59,443 nucleotides of DNA from an uncultured Demequina sp. GTDB lineage: Bacteria > Actinomycetota > Actinomycetes > Actinomycetales > Demequinaceae. Shown piece after piece: positions 48,604-58,037 of this stretch (the stretch's first letter is position 1; the number at the start of each line of letters is the position of its first letter). The position numbers and the translations under genes are program-made. Under the pieces are notes generated by a model. It worked only from the letters and a program-made list of their open reading frames with translations, made no database searches and was not told where the DNA came from. Location of the stretch: the NCBI RefSeq assembly GCF_913055775.1, contig NZ_CAJXJX010000001.1:1-59443 (forward strand), written 5' to 3'.

Positions 48604-50046
48604 GTGCGACCCATGCTCGCCATCGCGGCTCTCGCCGCGAGCCTCACTGTCGCGACCGCGAGCGTCGCGGCCTCCGCGTCTCAAGAGGACATCGACGCGT
48701 TCATCGCTTCTGCGATGCCGCAGTCCAAGGTGCCGGGCCTGGCGTACTCCGTGGTCGAGGAGGGCAGCACCGCTGTGGCCGATGCGCGCGGCGTCACCCT
48801 CCAGGGCACAGACGTAGCGGTCACGCCGGACACTCCGTTTGTCATCGGCTCGATCTCGAAGAGCTTCACCGCACTCGCCGTGATGCAGCTGGTCGAGGCG
48901 GGCGAGGTCGAGTTCGACGGCGCGCTCGAGACGTACCTGGACGGGTTCGCCGGACAGCCGGCGGGGCCGGTCACGGTGCGCCAGCTCCTGAGCCACACCA
49001 GCGGATACTCCACCCTGCAGGGCAACACCCCGCCGGTCGAGACCACCGGCGACGCCGACGACCTCGCGCGCGCCGTCGACGCGCTTGCCGACGTCGCACC
49101 GGCCTATGCTCCAGGCTCGCAGTGGGAGTACTCCAACACGAACTACCAGATCGCGGGGCGGCTCATCGAGGTCGTCAGCGGCGAGGGCTTCGCGAACTAC
49201 GTCGAGTCGCACATCCTCGAGCCGCTGGGCATGGACAGCAGCTTCGTGGCGGACGGCGAGGAGCACCCGTCGATGGCCACCGGTCACACCCCGTGGTTCG
49301 TCACCAAGCGCCCGGTGCCGGACGGCCCCACCCAGCCCCTCTACGCACCGCAGGGCGGGGTGATCGCGAGCGCGAACGACCTGGCGCTGTACATGGCCGC
49401 GATGATGAACGGCGAGGACGACGTCCTCAGTGCCGAGGGCAAGGCCACGATGATGCGTCCTGCCAGCGCCGCCTTCTCGTGGTACGGGCTCGGCTGGTTC
49501 ATCGACACCGCCGCGGGCACCGTGTGGCACTCCGGATCCACGCCAGGCATCGAGACGCTGCTCACCATGGACCCGGGAGACGGCACGGGCGTCGCGGTGC
49601 TGACCAATGGCGGCAGCGGCATCGGCTTCGGCGAGACCACTGAGCTGCGCAACGGCATCACCGCCCTCGCGCTGGGGCGCGACTACGACGGCGAGGGCTC
49701 CGCCCTGGCGCAGCAGGCGCTGTTCGTGTCCCTCACCCTCCTTCCGCTGCTCTACCTCGCAGCGATGGCGTGGGCGTGGTGGCACCGCCCTGCGATCCGC
49801 GCCAAGCGGTCGAACATCGGCGGTCTCTTCAGCCTGTGGTTCCCGCTGCTGACCACCATCGCCGCCGCCGTGGTGATCCTGTGGCTGGTGCCCAACCTCA
49901 TGGGCGCTCCCCTGCCCACCCTCCGGGTCTTCCAGCCCGACATGGCACTCGTCATGACCGCCACGGCCGTCATGGGCGTGGTGTGGTCGGTGTTCCGGCT
50001 GACGGTCGCGTACACCGGGGGTCGGCGCATGGTGGAGCAGGGGTAG
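48604..50046 (+). CDS. Serine hydrolase (class C beta-lactamase/PBP family), membrane anchored
   Basis: Signal peptide, SISK, LLSHTSG, YSN and HSG motifs, three C-terminal TM helices. Confidence 0.88.
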   Translation: MRPMLAIAALAASLTVATASVAASASQEDIDAFIASAMPQSKVPGLAYSVVEEGSTAVADARGVTLQGTDVAVTPDTPFVIGSISKSFTALAVMQLVEAGEVEFDGALETYLDGFAGQPAGPVTVRQLLSHTSGYSTLQGNTPPVETTGDADDLARAVDALADVAPAYAPGSQWEYSNTNYQIAGRLIEVVSGEGFANYVESHILEPLGMDSSFVADGEEHPSMATGHTPWFVTKRPVPDGPTQPLYAPQGGVIASANDLALYMAAMMNGEDDVLSAEGKATMMRPASAAFSWYGLGWFIDTAAGTVWHSGSTPGIETLLTMDPGDGTGVAVLTNGGSGIGFGETTELRNGITALALGRDYDGEGSALAQQALFVSLTLLPLLYLAAMAWAWWHRPAIRAKRSNIGGLFSLWFPLLTTIAAAVVILWLVPNLMGAPLPTLRVFQPDMALVMTATAVMGVVWSVFRLTVAYTGGRRMVEQG

Positions 50047-50071
50047 TTCTCGCGGTCGCTGACCCGGCCGA

Positions 50072-50109
50072 TCTACCCTGTCTACCCTTTCGGGGGTAGA
50101 CTTCTACCC
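50072..50109. promoter_or_regulatory. Putative VapBC operator
   Basis: Inverted repeat GTCTACCC-N6-GGGTAGAC (50080-50101) plus further TCTACCC copies at 50072 and 50103, directly before the vapB ATG. Confidence 0.65.
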
Positions 50110-50385
50110 ATGGCATTGAACATCAAGAACGAGGCGACCGTCGCTCTCGTGCGCGAGCTGGCCGAGAAGACCGGCCAGTCCCAGACGAGCGCCATCGAGT
50201 CCGCGGTGCGCGAGGCGCTGCAGCGGGTCGCCGACGACGACCACGCGAGCCGCGCGCAGGAGCGCTACGACCGGGCGATGGCGATTGTCAAGGAGATCGA
50301 TGCATCGCTGACGGACGAGGATCGCGAGAGGCTCCGCACCGCACAGGACGACATGTACGACGAGGACGGTCTGCCCGTATGGTGA
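50110..50385 (+). CDS. vapB: VapB-family antitoxin (Rv0623-like)
   Basis: MALNIKNE...ELA..TGQSQT.AI and C-terminal YDEDGLP; overlaps vapC. Confidence 0.9.
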   Translation: MALNIKNEATVALVRELAEKTGQSQTSAIESAVREALQRVADDDHASRAQERYDRAMAIVKEIDASLTDEDRERLRTAQDDMYDEDGLPVW

Positions 50386-50777
50386 TCGACACCTCGGCGA
50401 TCATGGCAGTCCTGCTTGCGGAGCCTCGACGCCCGGAGGTGCTCCGCGCGATCGCGGACGCGCCGTCGTGCGTGATCGCGGCTCCCACGCGCGTGGAGCT
50501 CACCGTCGCGCTCCGGCACACCATCGGAAGCGCGGCGGAACGGCGCTCAGAGTCGTGGCTCAAACGCTTCGAGATCACCACGGAAACCTTCACCGCCGAA
50601 CACACGGCGATAGCGATCGATGGATTCCGCGACTACGGACGCGGCTCCGGCCACCCCGCCCGCCTCAATTTCGGAGACTGCTTCAGCTACGCACTCGCGA
50701 TCGCTCGGGAAGAGCCACTGCTGTTCGTGGGCGACGACTTCACCCACACCGACGTCCAGGTGGCGCTCCAGCGCTGA
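50379..50777 (+). CDS. vapC: VapC PIN-domain toxin
   Basis: MVIDTSAI, HPARLNFGDCFSYALA and LLFVGDDF..TD motifs. Confidence 0.92.
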   Translation: MVIDTSAIMAVLLAEPRRPEVLRAIADAPSCVIAAPTRVELTVALRHTIGSAAERRSESWLKRFEITTETFTAEHTAIAIDGFRDYGRGSGHPARLNFGDCFSYALAIAREEPLLFVGDDFTHTDVQVALQR

Positions 50778-50935
50778 CCCGACCCGCGCATCGGCCCAGC
50801 GCACGCCACTGAGTCCGTCGACTATCAAGAAGACGGACAATATCCTCCATCAAACGAGAACAGCATGGGCGCACTGTCGAAGTGCGCGTCGCGCCGACCA
50901 AGTGACCAGAAGCACCGGCCTGTGACCTAGCGCCA

Positions 50936-51892
50936 CTAGATCTCGATCCCCGCGGCCTCGGCCAGCGTCTCGTTCGCCACCCCATACGGCACGTGGACCC
51001 CCGCCACATGCGTCAGCGCCCCGGTCAGGTGCCCGTCCTGGTCGTCGAAGAACAGGTGCGGTCGCAAGACCTCCAACACGCGCGCCTTCTCAATCCCGCC
51101 CAGGAAGAACGCGTCATTGATGGTCACGCCCCACGAGCGCAGCGACTGCACGGCGCGCTCGTGCGCGGGCGCGGCACGGGCCGTCACCAGCGCGATGCGC
51201 ACGCGCGGCTCATAGTCCGGGTCCTCGGCCTGCAGGGCGGCCTCGATGCGCTGGATCCGATTCAGATCCTCGACCAGCGGCTTGAGCAGCCCGGGCGCGT
51301 GGGCGACGTCGCGCTTGGCGACCTCGTTCGCCACGAAGCCCTCGAGGCCGTCGGTCTGGAACACGCGCTCGGACTCGTCCGTGGCGAGCACCGCGTCGAA
51401 GTCAAAGGCGATCCTCAGATCCCGGTCCCCCACCTCATACGCCGCCGAGTTCGGCAGCACGTGCCCCGCAGGGTGTCCGGCGCGGACGGCGGCCAGCACA
51501 TCGTCCCTGTTCTGCGACAGGAACAGGCTCATGCCCAGCGCCGGGATGTAGTCCAGCGGCGACCGGCCCTGCGTGAAGAACGCGCGCGTCACCGGCAGCT
51601 GATGCGCCTCGATGGACCGCATCACCCTCAGCCCCGTGTTCGCGGCGTTGCGCGACAGCACGATGACCTCCACGAGCGGATCCCGCGGGCGCAGGTCGTT
51701 GAGCTGCAGCAGCCGCTGGATGAACGGGAACGCAGGCCCTGGCTCGAGCGTGACGTCGATGTGCCGGTCCTGGTAGTCCGAGTACGCCGCCACCCCGTTC
51801 TCCTGGAAGAACGCGTCCGACTCCGTCAGATCGAACAGCGCGGAGGACGCGACGCCCACCACCAGCCGGTCGGACAGGTCATAGGCGGGCAA
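50936..51892 (-). CDS. 5'-nucleotidase (PF06189-type)
   Basis: LVVGVASSALFDL, LRIAFDFDAVL, VTARAAPAHER and PHLFFDDQ motifs; TTG start with GGAGG RBS. Confidence 0.88.
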   Translation of the reverse strand: MPAYDLSDRLVVGVASSALFDLTESDAFFQENGVAAYSDYQDRHIDVTLEPGPAFPFIQRLLQLNDLRPRDPLVEVIVLSRNAANTGLRVMRSIEAHQLPVTRAFFTQGRSPLDYIPALGMSLFLSQNRDDVLAAVRAGHPAGHVLPNSAAYEVGDRDLRIAFDFDAVLATDESERVFQTDGLEGFVANEVAKRDVAHAPGLLKPLVEDLNRIQRIEAALQAEDPDYEPRVRIALVTARAAPAHERAVQSLRSWGVTINDAFFLGGIEKARVLEVLRPHLFFDDQDGHLTGALTHVAGVHVPYGVANETLAEAAGIEI

Positions 51893-51991
51893 GAAGACCT
51901 CCAGGGGCGTACGGCGGGACGATGCGCGGGCTGGCTTCCGCGGCGAGGTTCCACGATATCGGTGGCCGCGTGCGTGACGCACCCCGCAGAA

Positions 51992-54295
51992 TCACCCCAG
52001 CGCGCGCACCACTGCCACCGTGAACGACCACGGTGGCACCCGCCACGTCTCCTCGGGCGCCACATCGACCACCTGCGCATGAGGCGTGACGGGCGACGGC
52101 TGGAACGGCTCGCCTTCGTCGGGCCCTGCTCCGGCGAGAACCGTGGCGCTGCCGACCACCCGGCTGGGGCCGCCCGGCAGGGCGATCGACAGGTCGCGCG
52201 AGTCATCGGTCGCGTTCACGAGCCTGAGCACGTACTCCTCCTGCCCGTCGGCGGCGACTCGTGCGGCGCACCCGGCGACCACACGGCGCTCAGGGCGCCT
52301 GTCGTCGAGCACGTCATGGCGAAGCTCGCCATCGACCCACACTCGCAGCCGCTCGCCCTCGAGAGCGGCACGCACATGCACTGCCACACCGGTCGAGAGC
52401 CCGGACCACGGGTGCGGGCCGTCGACGTCGTTCGAGATGCCGTCGGAGTGCGCATGCACCACCGTCGACTGGTTCTGCCAGCCGCCGAGTTCCACCTCGA
52501 AGTAGTCCTCGTCGCCCGCGCCGCCGATCCGCACCGCCACACCCCGCTGACCGGTCACGCGCTCGAGCATGAAGTCGACGGCGCAGTCCGCACCGACCGG
52601 CCCCAGGACAGCCTCTCCCCCGTTCACGTCCACGTCTCCCACGGGCGCGCCATCGAGCGTCACATCCCAGACCCGCACATGCGCTCCGGTAGCGCTGATG
52701 CGCGCGATTCCCGGCTGGCGCGACGGCACTGACACGTCGAGATCTCCATCGAGGTCGACCTCGATCATGCGCTCGCCGCGTTCGACGGAGAACATCTGCT
52801 GGACGTAGTAGGACGGGCTTGGCAGGACGGTATCGGCGTCGAAGTAGATGAGGTCAGGGACCCACTGCGTCGTCCCGATCCTGGCGAGCAGCGGCGCGTA
52901 AGACGCCAAGGTCACGATGTCGCTGTTGCGTTCCATGCCGATCATGAACGCCGCCTCCGCGAGCGCCGAGCGCACGCGGTTGGTGCGGGCGGCGTACTCG
53001 CCGAAGTACACGGCTGGCCCCCCGCGGTCGTAGCTGTCGTACCGGTCGAGGTTCTGGTGGAACCACCGCGGGGTGCGATAGGCGTGCTCGTCCACGACCG
53101 CGACCCGCTGCTCGCGCGCGTACTCCCACCCGCGTTCGAAGTCCTGCCCGAAGGGCTGCGGGCCTGCAGTGCCGATCACGGTGACGTCGGGGTGCGCCGC
53201 CGCAAGCGCATCGGCGATCATCGCGAAGCGCACCTCGAAATCCTGAGTGATCTCGTCCTCGTTGCCCACCCCGATCATGCGCAGCCCGAAAGGCTCGGGG
53301 TGGCCCACCTCCGCGCGCCGCGCACCCCACCGGGTGCCGACGTCGCCATTGGCGAACTCGACCAGGTCGAGGATGTCCTGCACGTACGCGGGCATGTCCT
53401 CGAGCGGGATGCACGCGGCACGACCTCGGAGGTTCTGGCAGCTGACGCCCGCCGCCACAATGGGCATCGGGCTCGCACCGAGCCGTTCGCACAGCTCGAA
53501 ATACTCGACGTAGCCGATCTGTCGAGACTGGTGGTATCCCCACGTGTTGAAGCTGGGCTCCCGCTCGTGCCGGGGTCCCACGGTCTTCTTCCAGTCGTAG
53601 AGGTTCGCGAGGCCCAGCCCGTGCGCCACGCACCCTCCCGGGAAGCGCAGGAATGACGGCCGAAGTTCCTGCAGCACCTCCACGAGATCCTCCCGGAACG
53701 TGAGCGGCTCGCCGTCGTCGCCTCGGGGACGGAGCGACACCACGTCGATCTCCATGACCAGGCCGCGGGGGACGTCGATCTGCAGTCGCCCGTTGCCCCC
53801 GCGGTGAGCGGTGAGGTCGACGCCGACCTCGTTCCATCCACGCTCGGGAACCACTAGCTCGGCGGTCGCGATCGCGTCACCCGCGTCATCGACAATCGAG
53901 ACGGACGCGTGGCCCACGCCTTGGACCCGCCAGGTGAACGCCGCCAGACGGAAGGACTGGCCCGCGGCGACGCGGACAGCGTCGAAACCCTCGTTCTCCA
54001 AGCGCACCGGCCCAGCCAGGCGTACGTACGTGCCATTGTTCGGGTGCACGGGATCCTCGCTGCGGACCTCGACCGAGCCTGCTCCGGTGTGGTGCCACGC
54101 CGTCAATGGCCCCCAGCCAGGACGGTCGGCAGCGGTGAACTCGAAGTCTCCGTTGCGCAGCAGCTCAGCGTTGAGCCCGCCGTCGAGGCTCCAGTTGATG
54201 TCCTCGAAGAACAGCCCCCACAGGTCCGGCGCGACCTCCACTCCGGTGGGATCGCCGAGCGACACAGACAGGGACCGGGGATGGGTTTCAGACAT
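51992..54295 (-). CDS. Alpha-L-arabinofuranosidase (GH51)
   Basis: GLFFEDIN...GGL.AEL, RFPGGC, GNE (acid/base), GEYA (nucleophile), SYAPLL. Confidence 0.92.
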   Translation of the reverse strand: MSETHPRSLSVSLGDPTGVEVAPDLWGLFFEDINWSLDGGLNAELLRNGDFEFTAADRPGWGPLTAWHHTGAGSVEVRSEDPVHPNNGTYVRLAGPVRLENEGFDAVRVAAGQSFRLAAFTWRVQGVGHASVSIVDDAGDAIATAELVVPERGWNEVGVDLTAHRGGNGRLQIDVPRGLVMEIDVVSLRPRGDDGEPLTFREDLVEVLQELRPSFLRFPGGCVAHGLGLANLYDWKKTVGPRHEREPSFNTWGYHQSRQIGYVEYFELCERLGASPMPIVAAGVSCQNLRGRAACIPLEDMPAYVQDILDLVEFANGDVGTRWGARRAEVGHPEPFGLRMIGVGNEDEITQDFEVRFAMIADALAAAHPDVTVIGTAGPQPFGQDFERGWEYAREQRVAVVDEHAYRTPRWFHQNLDRYDSYDRGGPAVYFGEYAARTNRVRSALAEAAFMIGMERNSDIVTLASYAPLLARIGTTQWVPDLIYFDADTVLPSPSYYVQQMFSVERGERMIEVDLDGDLDVSVPSRQPGIARISATGAHVRVWDVTLDGAPVGDVDVNGGEAVLGPVGADCAVDFMLERVTGQRGVAVRIGGAGDEDYFEVELGGWQNQSTVVHAHSDGISNDVDGPHPWSGLSTGVAVHVRAALEGERLRVWVDGELRHDVLDDRRPERRVVAGCAARVAADGQEEYVLRLVNATDDSRDLSIALPGGPSRVVGSATVLAGAGPDEGEPFQPSPVTPHAQVVDVAPEETWRVPPWSFTVAVVRALG

Positions 54296-54364
54296 GACTT
54301 CCGTTCTGGACCGCGCACGCAGGCGCAGGAGGACAAGGGTTAGGGGGCACCGGACGGAGGGCTT

Positions 54365-54787
54365 TCATGCAGCCGATGCGCGGACACTCGCCGCTCGGGC
54401 GAGCGCACGGCGCTGGGCCACGACCAGGGCGACCGTCACCATGAGCAGGATCGCGCCAATGACGTCACGCGTGAGGACGGCCCCGGCGCCGCAGGCGACG
54501 AGCCATGCGACCGGCGCGCCCGACCACGGCATGGGACGTCGCCACGCCATCCACACCGTGACGAAGCCGGCGATCAGGAGCACGGAGCCGTAGATGCCGA
54601 TCACTGCGGAGGTCTCGGAGATCAGCAGAGCCGTGCTCTCCGCCGAGCCCGATTCGAGAAGCGACGTTCCCGTCGACCGGAACCACAGCAGGTACGGAAC
54701 CAGGGTCACGACCGCGAGAACCACCATCCACGTCCCGCTCGCGAACACCATGCGTCGAGGCACTATTGACATGCGCATCTGTGTCAT
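54365..54787 (-). CDS. Hypothetical membrane protein in the sugar operon
   Basis: About four TM helices; ATG overlaps the permease stop (ATGA). Confidence 0.6.
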   Translation of the reverse strand: MTQMRMSIVPRRMVFASGTWMVVLAVVTLVPYLLWFRSTGTSLLESGSAESTALLISETSAVIGIYGSVLLIAGFVTVWMAWRRPMPWSGAPVAWLVACGAGAVLTRDVIGAILLMVTVALVVAQRRALARAASVRASAA

Positions 54788-55701
54788 CCCTTCAACCCCG
54801 CCGTCAGGTTCAGAGAACTCACGAAGTAGCGCTGAGCAACCAGGAACAGTGCGGTGGTGGGAATCATCGCGATCACCGCGCTCGCCATCAACTGCCCCAA
54901 CGCCGTGTAGTCCCCGAAGAGGTTCTGCAGCAGCTGCAGCCCCGCCGTGATGGGCATGTTCGAGATGTCGTTGAACACGATCGTCGGCCACAGGAAGTCA
55001 TTCCAGGACCCGGTGAAGGCGAACAAGAAGATGACGATCAGAATCGGCCGGATCATCGGCAGGATGATGCGCATGAAGATCGTGAAGTCCCCCGCGCCAT
55101 CAATCCTTGCCGCCTCATCCATCTCGCGAGGGATCCCGCTCATGAAGCTCCGCACCAGGAAGATGTTCGCTGCGGTGGCGACACCCGGCACGATCATCGC
55201 CCACGGCGAGTTCACCCAGCCCAGCGTCTGAACCACCTTGTACAGCGGGATCAAGTTCACCACGCTCGGGAACAGCGAGACAGCCAGGAGAACGAAGAAC
55301 AGCACATCGCGACCGGGGAAGCGCATGCGGGTGTAGCCGTAGCCGGCGATCGACACGACCACCACCATCAGGACTGCGTGGCCGGTGGACATCACCAGCG
55401 AGTTGCCGAACCACCGCATCACCGGATACGTCGAGACGCCGTCGAAGAGCGCCAGGTAGTTCTCAGCGACCCAGTTCGCGGGCAGCAGACTGAAACCGGA
55501 GAACGCGATCTCGGTCGGCGACTTGAACGACGTGGTGAGCGCGAAGAGCATCGGGATGATCCAGATCGCGGCGAGCGCCGTGACCAGGGTCATCGCGATG
55601 GCGAGGAGGATCACGCTGGAACGGCTGCGGTGACGCTTTCCGGTGGACTGCGGCGTCGCGTCCTCGACGCCCGCTTGCTTGACCTGCATCACGTCAGTCA
55701 T
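54784..55701 (-). CDS. Carbohydrate ABC transporter permease (MalG-like)
   Basis: EAA loop EMDEAARIDGA and WNDFLWP. Confidence 0.92.
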   Translation of the reverse strand: MTDVMQVKQAGVEDATPQSTGKRHRSRSSVILLAIAMTLVTALAAIWIIPMLFALTTSFKSPTEIAFSGFSLLPANWVAENYLALFDGVSTYPVMRWFGNSLVMSTGHAVLMVVVVSIAGYGYTRMRFPGRDVLFFVLLAVSLFPSVVNLIPLYKVVQTLGWVNSPWAMIVPGVATAANIFLVRSFMSGIPREMDEAARIDGAGDFTIFMRIILPMIRPILIVIFLFAFTGSWNDFLWPTIVFNDISNMPITAGLQLLQNLFGDYTALGQLMASAVIAMIPTTALFLVAQRYFVSSLNLTAGLKG

Positions 55702-56569
55702 CGCTGCTCCTGAACATCACTCGGAACTGGATCGCCGAAATCGCCATGAGCACCAGCCCCAGCATCACCGACATCGCGGCCGCGATACCGGCGATCGCCG
55801 GGCCGTCGCCGAACGCCAGGTCGCGGATGTCCATCATGAGGACCGTCGTCGTACCTGCAGGCCCACCCTCGGTCATCATCACGGGCTGGCCGTAGACGTT
55901 GAACGACAGAGCCGTCGTCATCACGAGCGTGTAGAGGAGGGGGAACCGGATCGACGGCAGCACCACCGCGAAGAACTGGCGCACAGACCCGGCGCCATCG
56001 AGCTGCGCGGCCTCACGCAGCTGTTCGGGAACGTTGGCGATGGCGGAGCGGTAGATGATGAGGTTGCCGCCGATTCCAGCCCACACCGTCAGGGTGAAGA
56101 TCGTGACCCATGCCCATGGCTGTGTGGTGGTGAACGAGATGTCGGTCCCAAACACGTTGTTGATGAAGCCGAAGTCACGATTGAACATCAGGCTCCACGC
56201 GAGCGCGCCGGCGGACACCGAGATCAGGCCAGGGATGTAGAAGACTCCTTGAAAGATGTTCGCGCCTCTGTCGTTGATGCCTCCGATCGCGAGCGCGAGC
56301 AGCAGAGGGACGACGATCAGAAGCGGCACGGCGATGCCCACGAAGATGAGCGTGTTCGCCAACCCCGAGCGGAACTGCGAGTAGAACGGTGACTCGGGCT
56401 CGAAAAGGATCTGCTGGAAGTTGTCGAACCCGACCCACGTCGGCTCGCCGATGATGTTCCATCGTGTGAACGCGATGTAGAAGCCGTAGACGGTGGGGAT
56501 CAGCGCGAAGATCGCGAAGATCACCAGGTGTGGCCCGATGAAGGGCAGCGCGCGCAGCGTGGCTTTCAC
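55694..56569 (-). CDS. Carbohydrate ABC transporter permease (MalF-like)
   Basis: WVGFDNF, EAAQLDGA and MTEGGP motifs; GTG start with GGGAG RBS. Confidence 0.92.
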   Translation of the reverse strand: MKATLRALPFIGPHLVIFAIFALIPTVYGFYIAFTRWNIIGEPTWVGFDNFQQILFEPESPFYSQFRSGLANTLIFVGIAVPLLIVVPLLLALAIGGINDRGANIFQGVFYIPGLISVSAGALAWSLMFNRDFGFINNVFGTDISFTTTQPWAWVTIFTLTVWAGIGGNLIIYRSAIANVPEQLREAAQLDGAGSVRQFFAVVLPSIRFPLLYTLVMTTALSFNVYGQPVMMTEGGPAGTTTVLMMDIRDLAFGDGPAIAGIAAAMSVMLGLVLMAISAIQFRVMFRSSDD

Positions 56570-56619
56570 GGTTTCTCCCGAGTCGGCGGGGGCGGCCCAG
56601 GGCCGCCCCCGCGTGCTCG

Positions 56620-57879
56620 TCAGTTGCCGGAGGCCGCTTCGGCCTCGGCGATCTTGCCGGCAACCTCGTTCTGCATCGCCGCCAGCGCCTCTTCGACGGG
56701 GATCCGGCCGCGCACGATGTCCTGCGAGTTGTCCCACAGCGCGCTCATCACGTAGGAGGTGTAGATGTACTCGCCTGTCGCCAGGGTCGACCGCGCCTCC
56801 TCCGTGTTGGTGAGCAGCGCCTGGGGCAGCTCAGAGTAGGCAGGGTCCTCGAACGCGACGTTGCTGGCAACGACCTGCCCAGCCTCACCCCAGTAGGCGG
56901 AGTTCAACCGCAGGTATTCGAGGAAGTCGGCCGCGCATCGGTCCGCAGCCTCGCTTCGCCCGCCATCGATCAGCTGCACAAACGAGTGCGACTCGAGCAT
57001 GTTCACGGGCGACGACGCATCCGCCTGGAGGTTGTACGACAGCCCCCAGTTCAGTCCGTCGATCGAGTTGCGGTTCGAGATCGCCCACGTGCCGTCGGGG
57101 AACACGAGCGCCTGGCCGCTGTTGAATACCTGGTAGTCGTCCGAGTCCTCGGGCGCGATCAGTCCAGCCTCGTCCAGAGCGAGCAGGTCGGAGTAGATGT
57201 CGACCATCGCCTGCTGGGTGAGGTCGAGCTCACCACCGGGCGCGAACTCGCTGCCCACGTTGAACAGTTGGGACTCGACAACCGCGGGCACGAACAGGCC
57301 CGGCATCGCGTACACCCCATCAGGGAGCTGGCCCTCGACCTCGAAGAGCTCCTCCGTTGTCACAATGCCGTCGTCGAGCCAGTGCTCCACGCCGTAATCG
57401 GCGAGAAGATCGGCGTTGTAGTACGTGACGATCCCATGCAAGTCCAGGGGCACGGCGTACTCGACGCCGTCGAACACGCCAGCATCCCAGGCGACGTCGA
57501 GGTAGTTGTCGCGGTTCAGCTCGGGGTTGATCTCCTGCAGACTCGCCAGGGGCTCCAGCAGTCCAGCTCCGCCAAACTCAGTCACACGCGGGCCGTGGAT
57601 CAGCAGCAGTTCAGGTATGTCCTCACCCGTGTTCACGACGCTGTAGAGGCGCGGATAGAGGTCGTCAGCCGGAATCGGCTGGAAGTCAACCACGCAGGCC
57701 TCGGCCTGGCCGTTGAAGTCGCTAACGAGCGTGCTCATGAACTCGCCGTCGGCACCGGTCAGGGGGTTCCAGAACGTCACCTCGCCGCTCTCCTCCTCGC
57801 CCGCGGAGCACGCGGACACCACCAGGGCCGTGGCCGCCACCGCACACACCGTCGCTACCACTCGCGTCGGATTCACCAT
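56620..57879 (-). CDS. Sugar ABC transporter solute-binding lipoprotein
   Basis: Lipobox VSAC, VTFWNPLTGADG, YAVPLD; AAGGAG RBS. Confidence 0.9.
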   Translation of the reverse strand: MVNPTRVVATVCAVAATALVVSACSAGEEESGEVTFWNPLTGADGEFMSTLVSDFNGQAEACVVDFQPIPADDLYPRLYSVVNTGEDIPELLLIHGPRVTEFGGAGLLEPLASLQEINPELNRDNYLDVAWDAGVFDGVEYAVPLDLHGIVTYYNADLLADYGVEHWLDDGIVTTEELFEVEGQLPDGVYAMPGLFVPAVVESQLFNVGSEFAPGGELDLTQQAMVDIYSDLLALDEAGLIAPEDSDDYQVFNSGQALVFPDGTWAISNRNSIDGLNWGLSYNLQADASSPVNMLESHSFVQLIDGGRSEAADRCAADFLEYLRLNSAYWGEAGQVVASNVAFEDPAYSELPQALLTNTEEARSTLATGEYIYTSYVMSALWDNSQDIVRGRIPVEEALAAMQNEVAGKIAEAEAASGN

Positions 57880-57935
57880 CAAGAACTCCTTTGTCTTGTT
57901 CGCCGCCTCATTGCGGTCAATCGCCAGATGCGCCT

Positions 57936-57963
57936 GATGTATCGTTACATGTAGCGATACATC
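57936..57963. promoter_or_regulatory. LacI-family operator
   Basis: GATGTATCGTTACATGTAGCGATACATC is a 26/28 palindrome made of tandem CG-centred LacI-type sites, between the divergent SBP and LacI genes. Confidence 0.75.
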
Positions 57964-58037
57964 GATGCTAGACTCGGCTCGCCGTCGAGTCAAGTCCTCG
58001 GCCCACGAACGCTGGCCTGCAGGCGCAAAGGAGTGCT

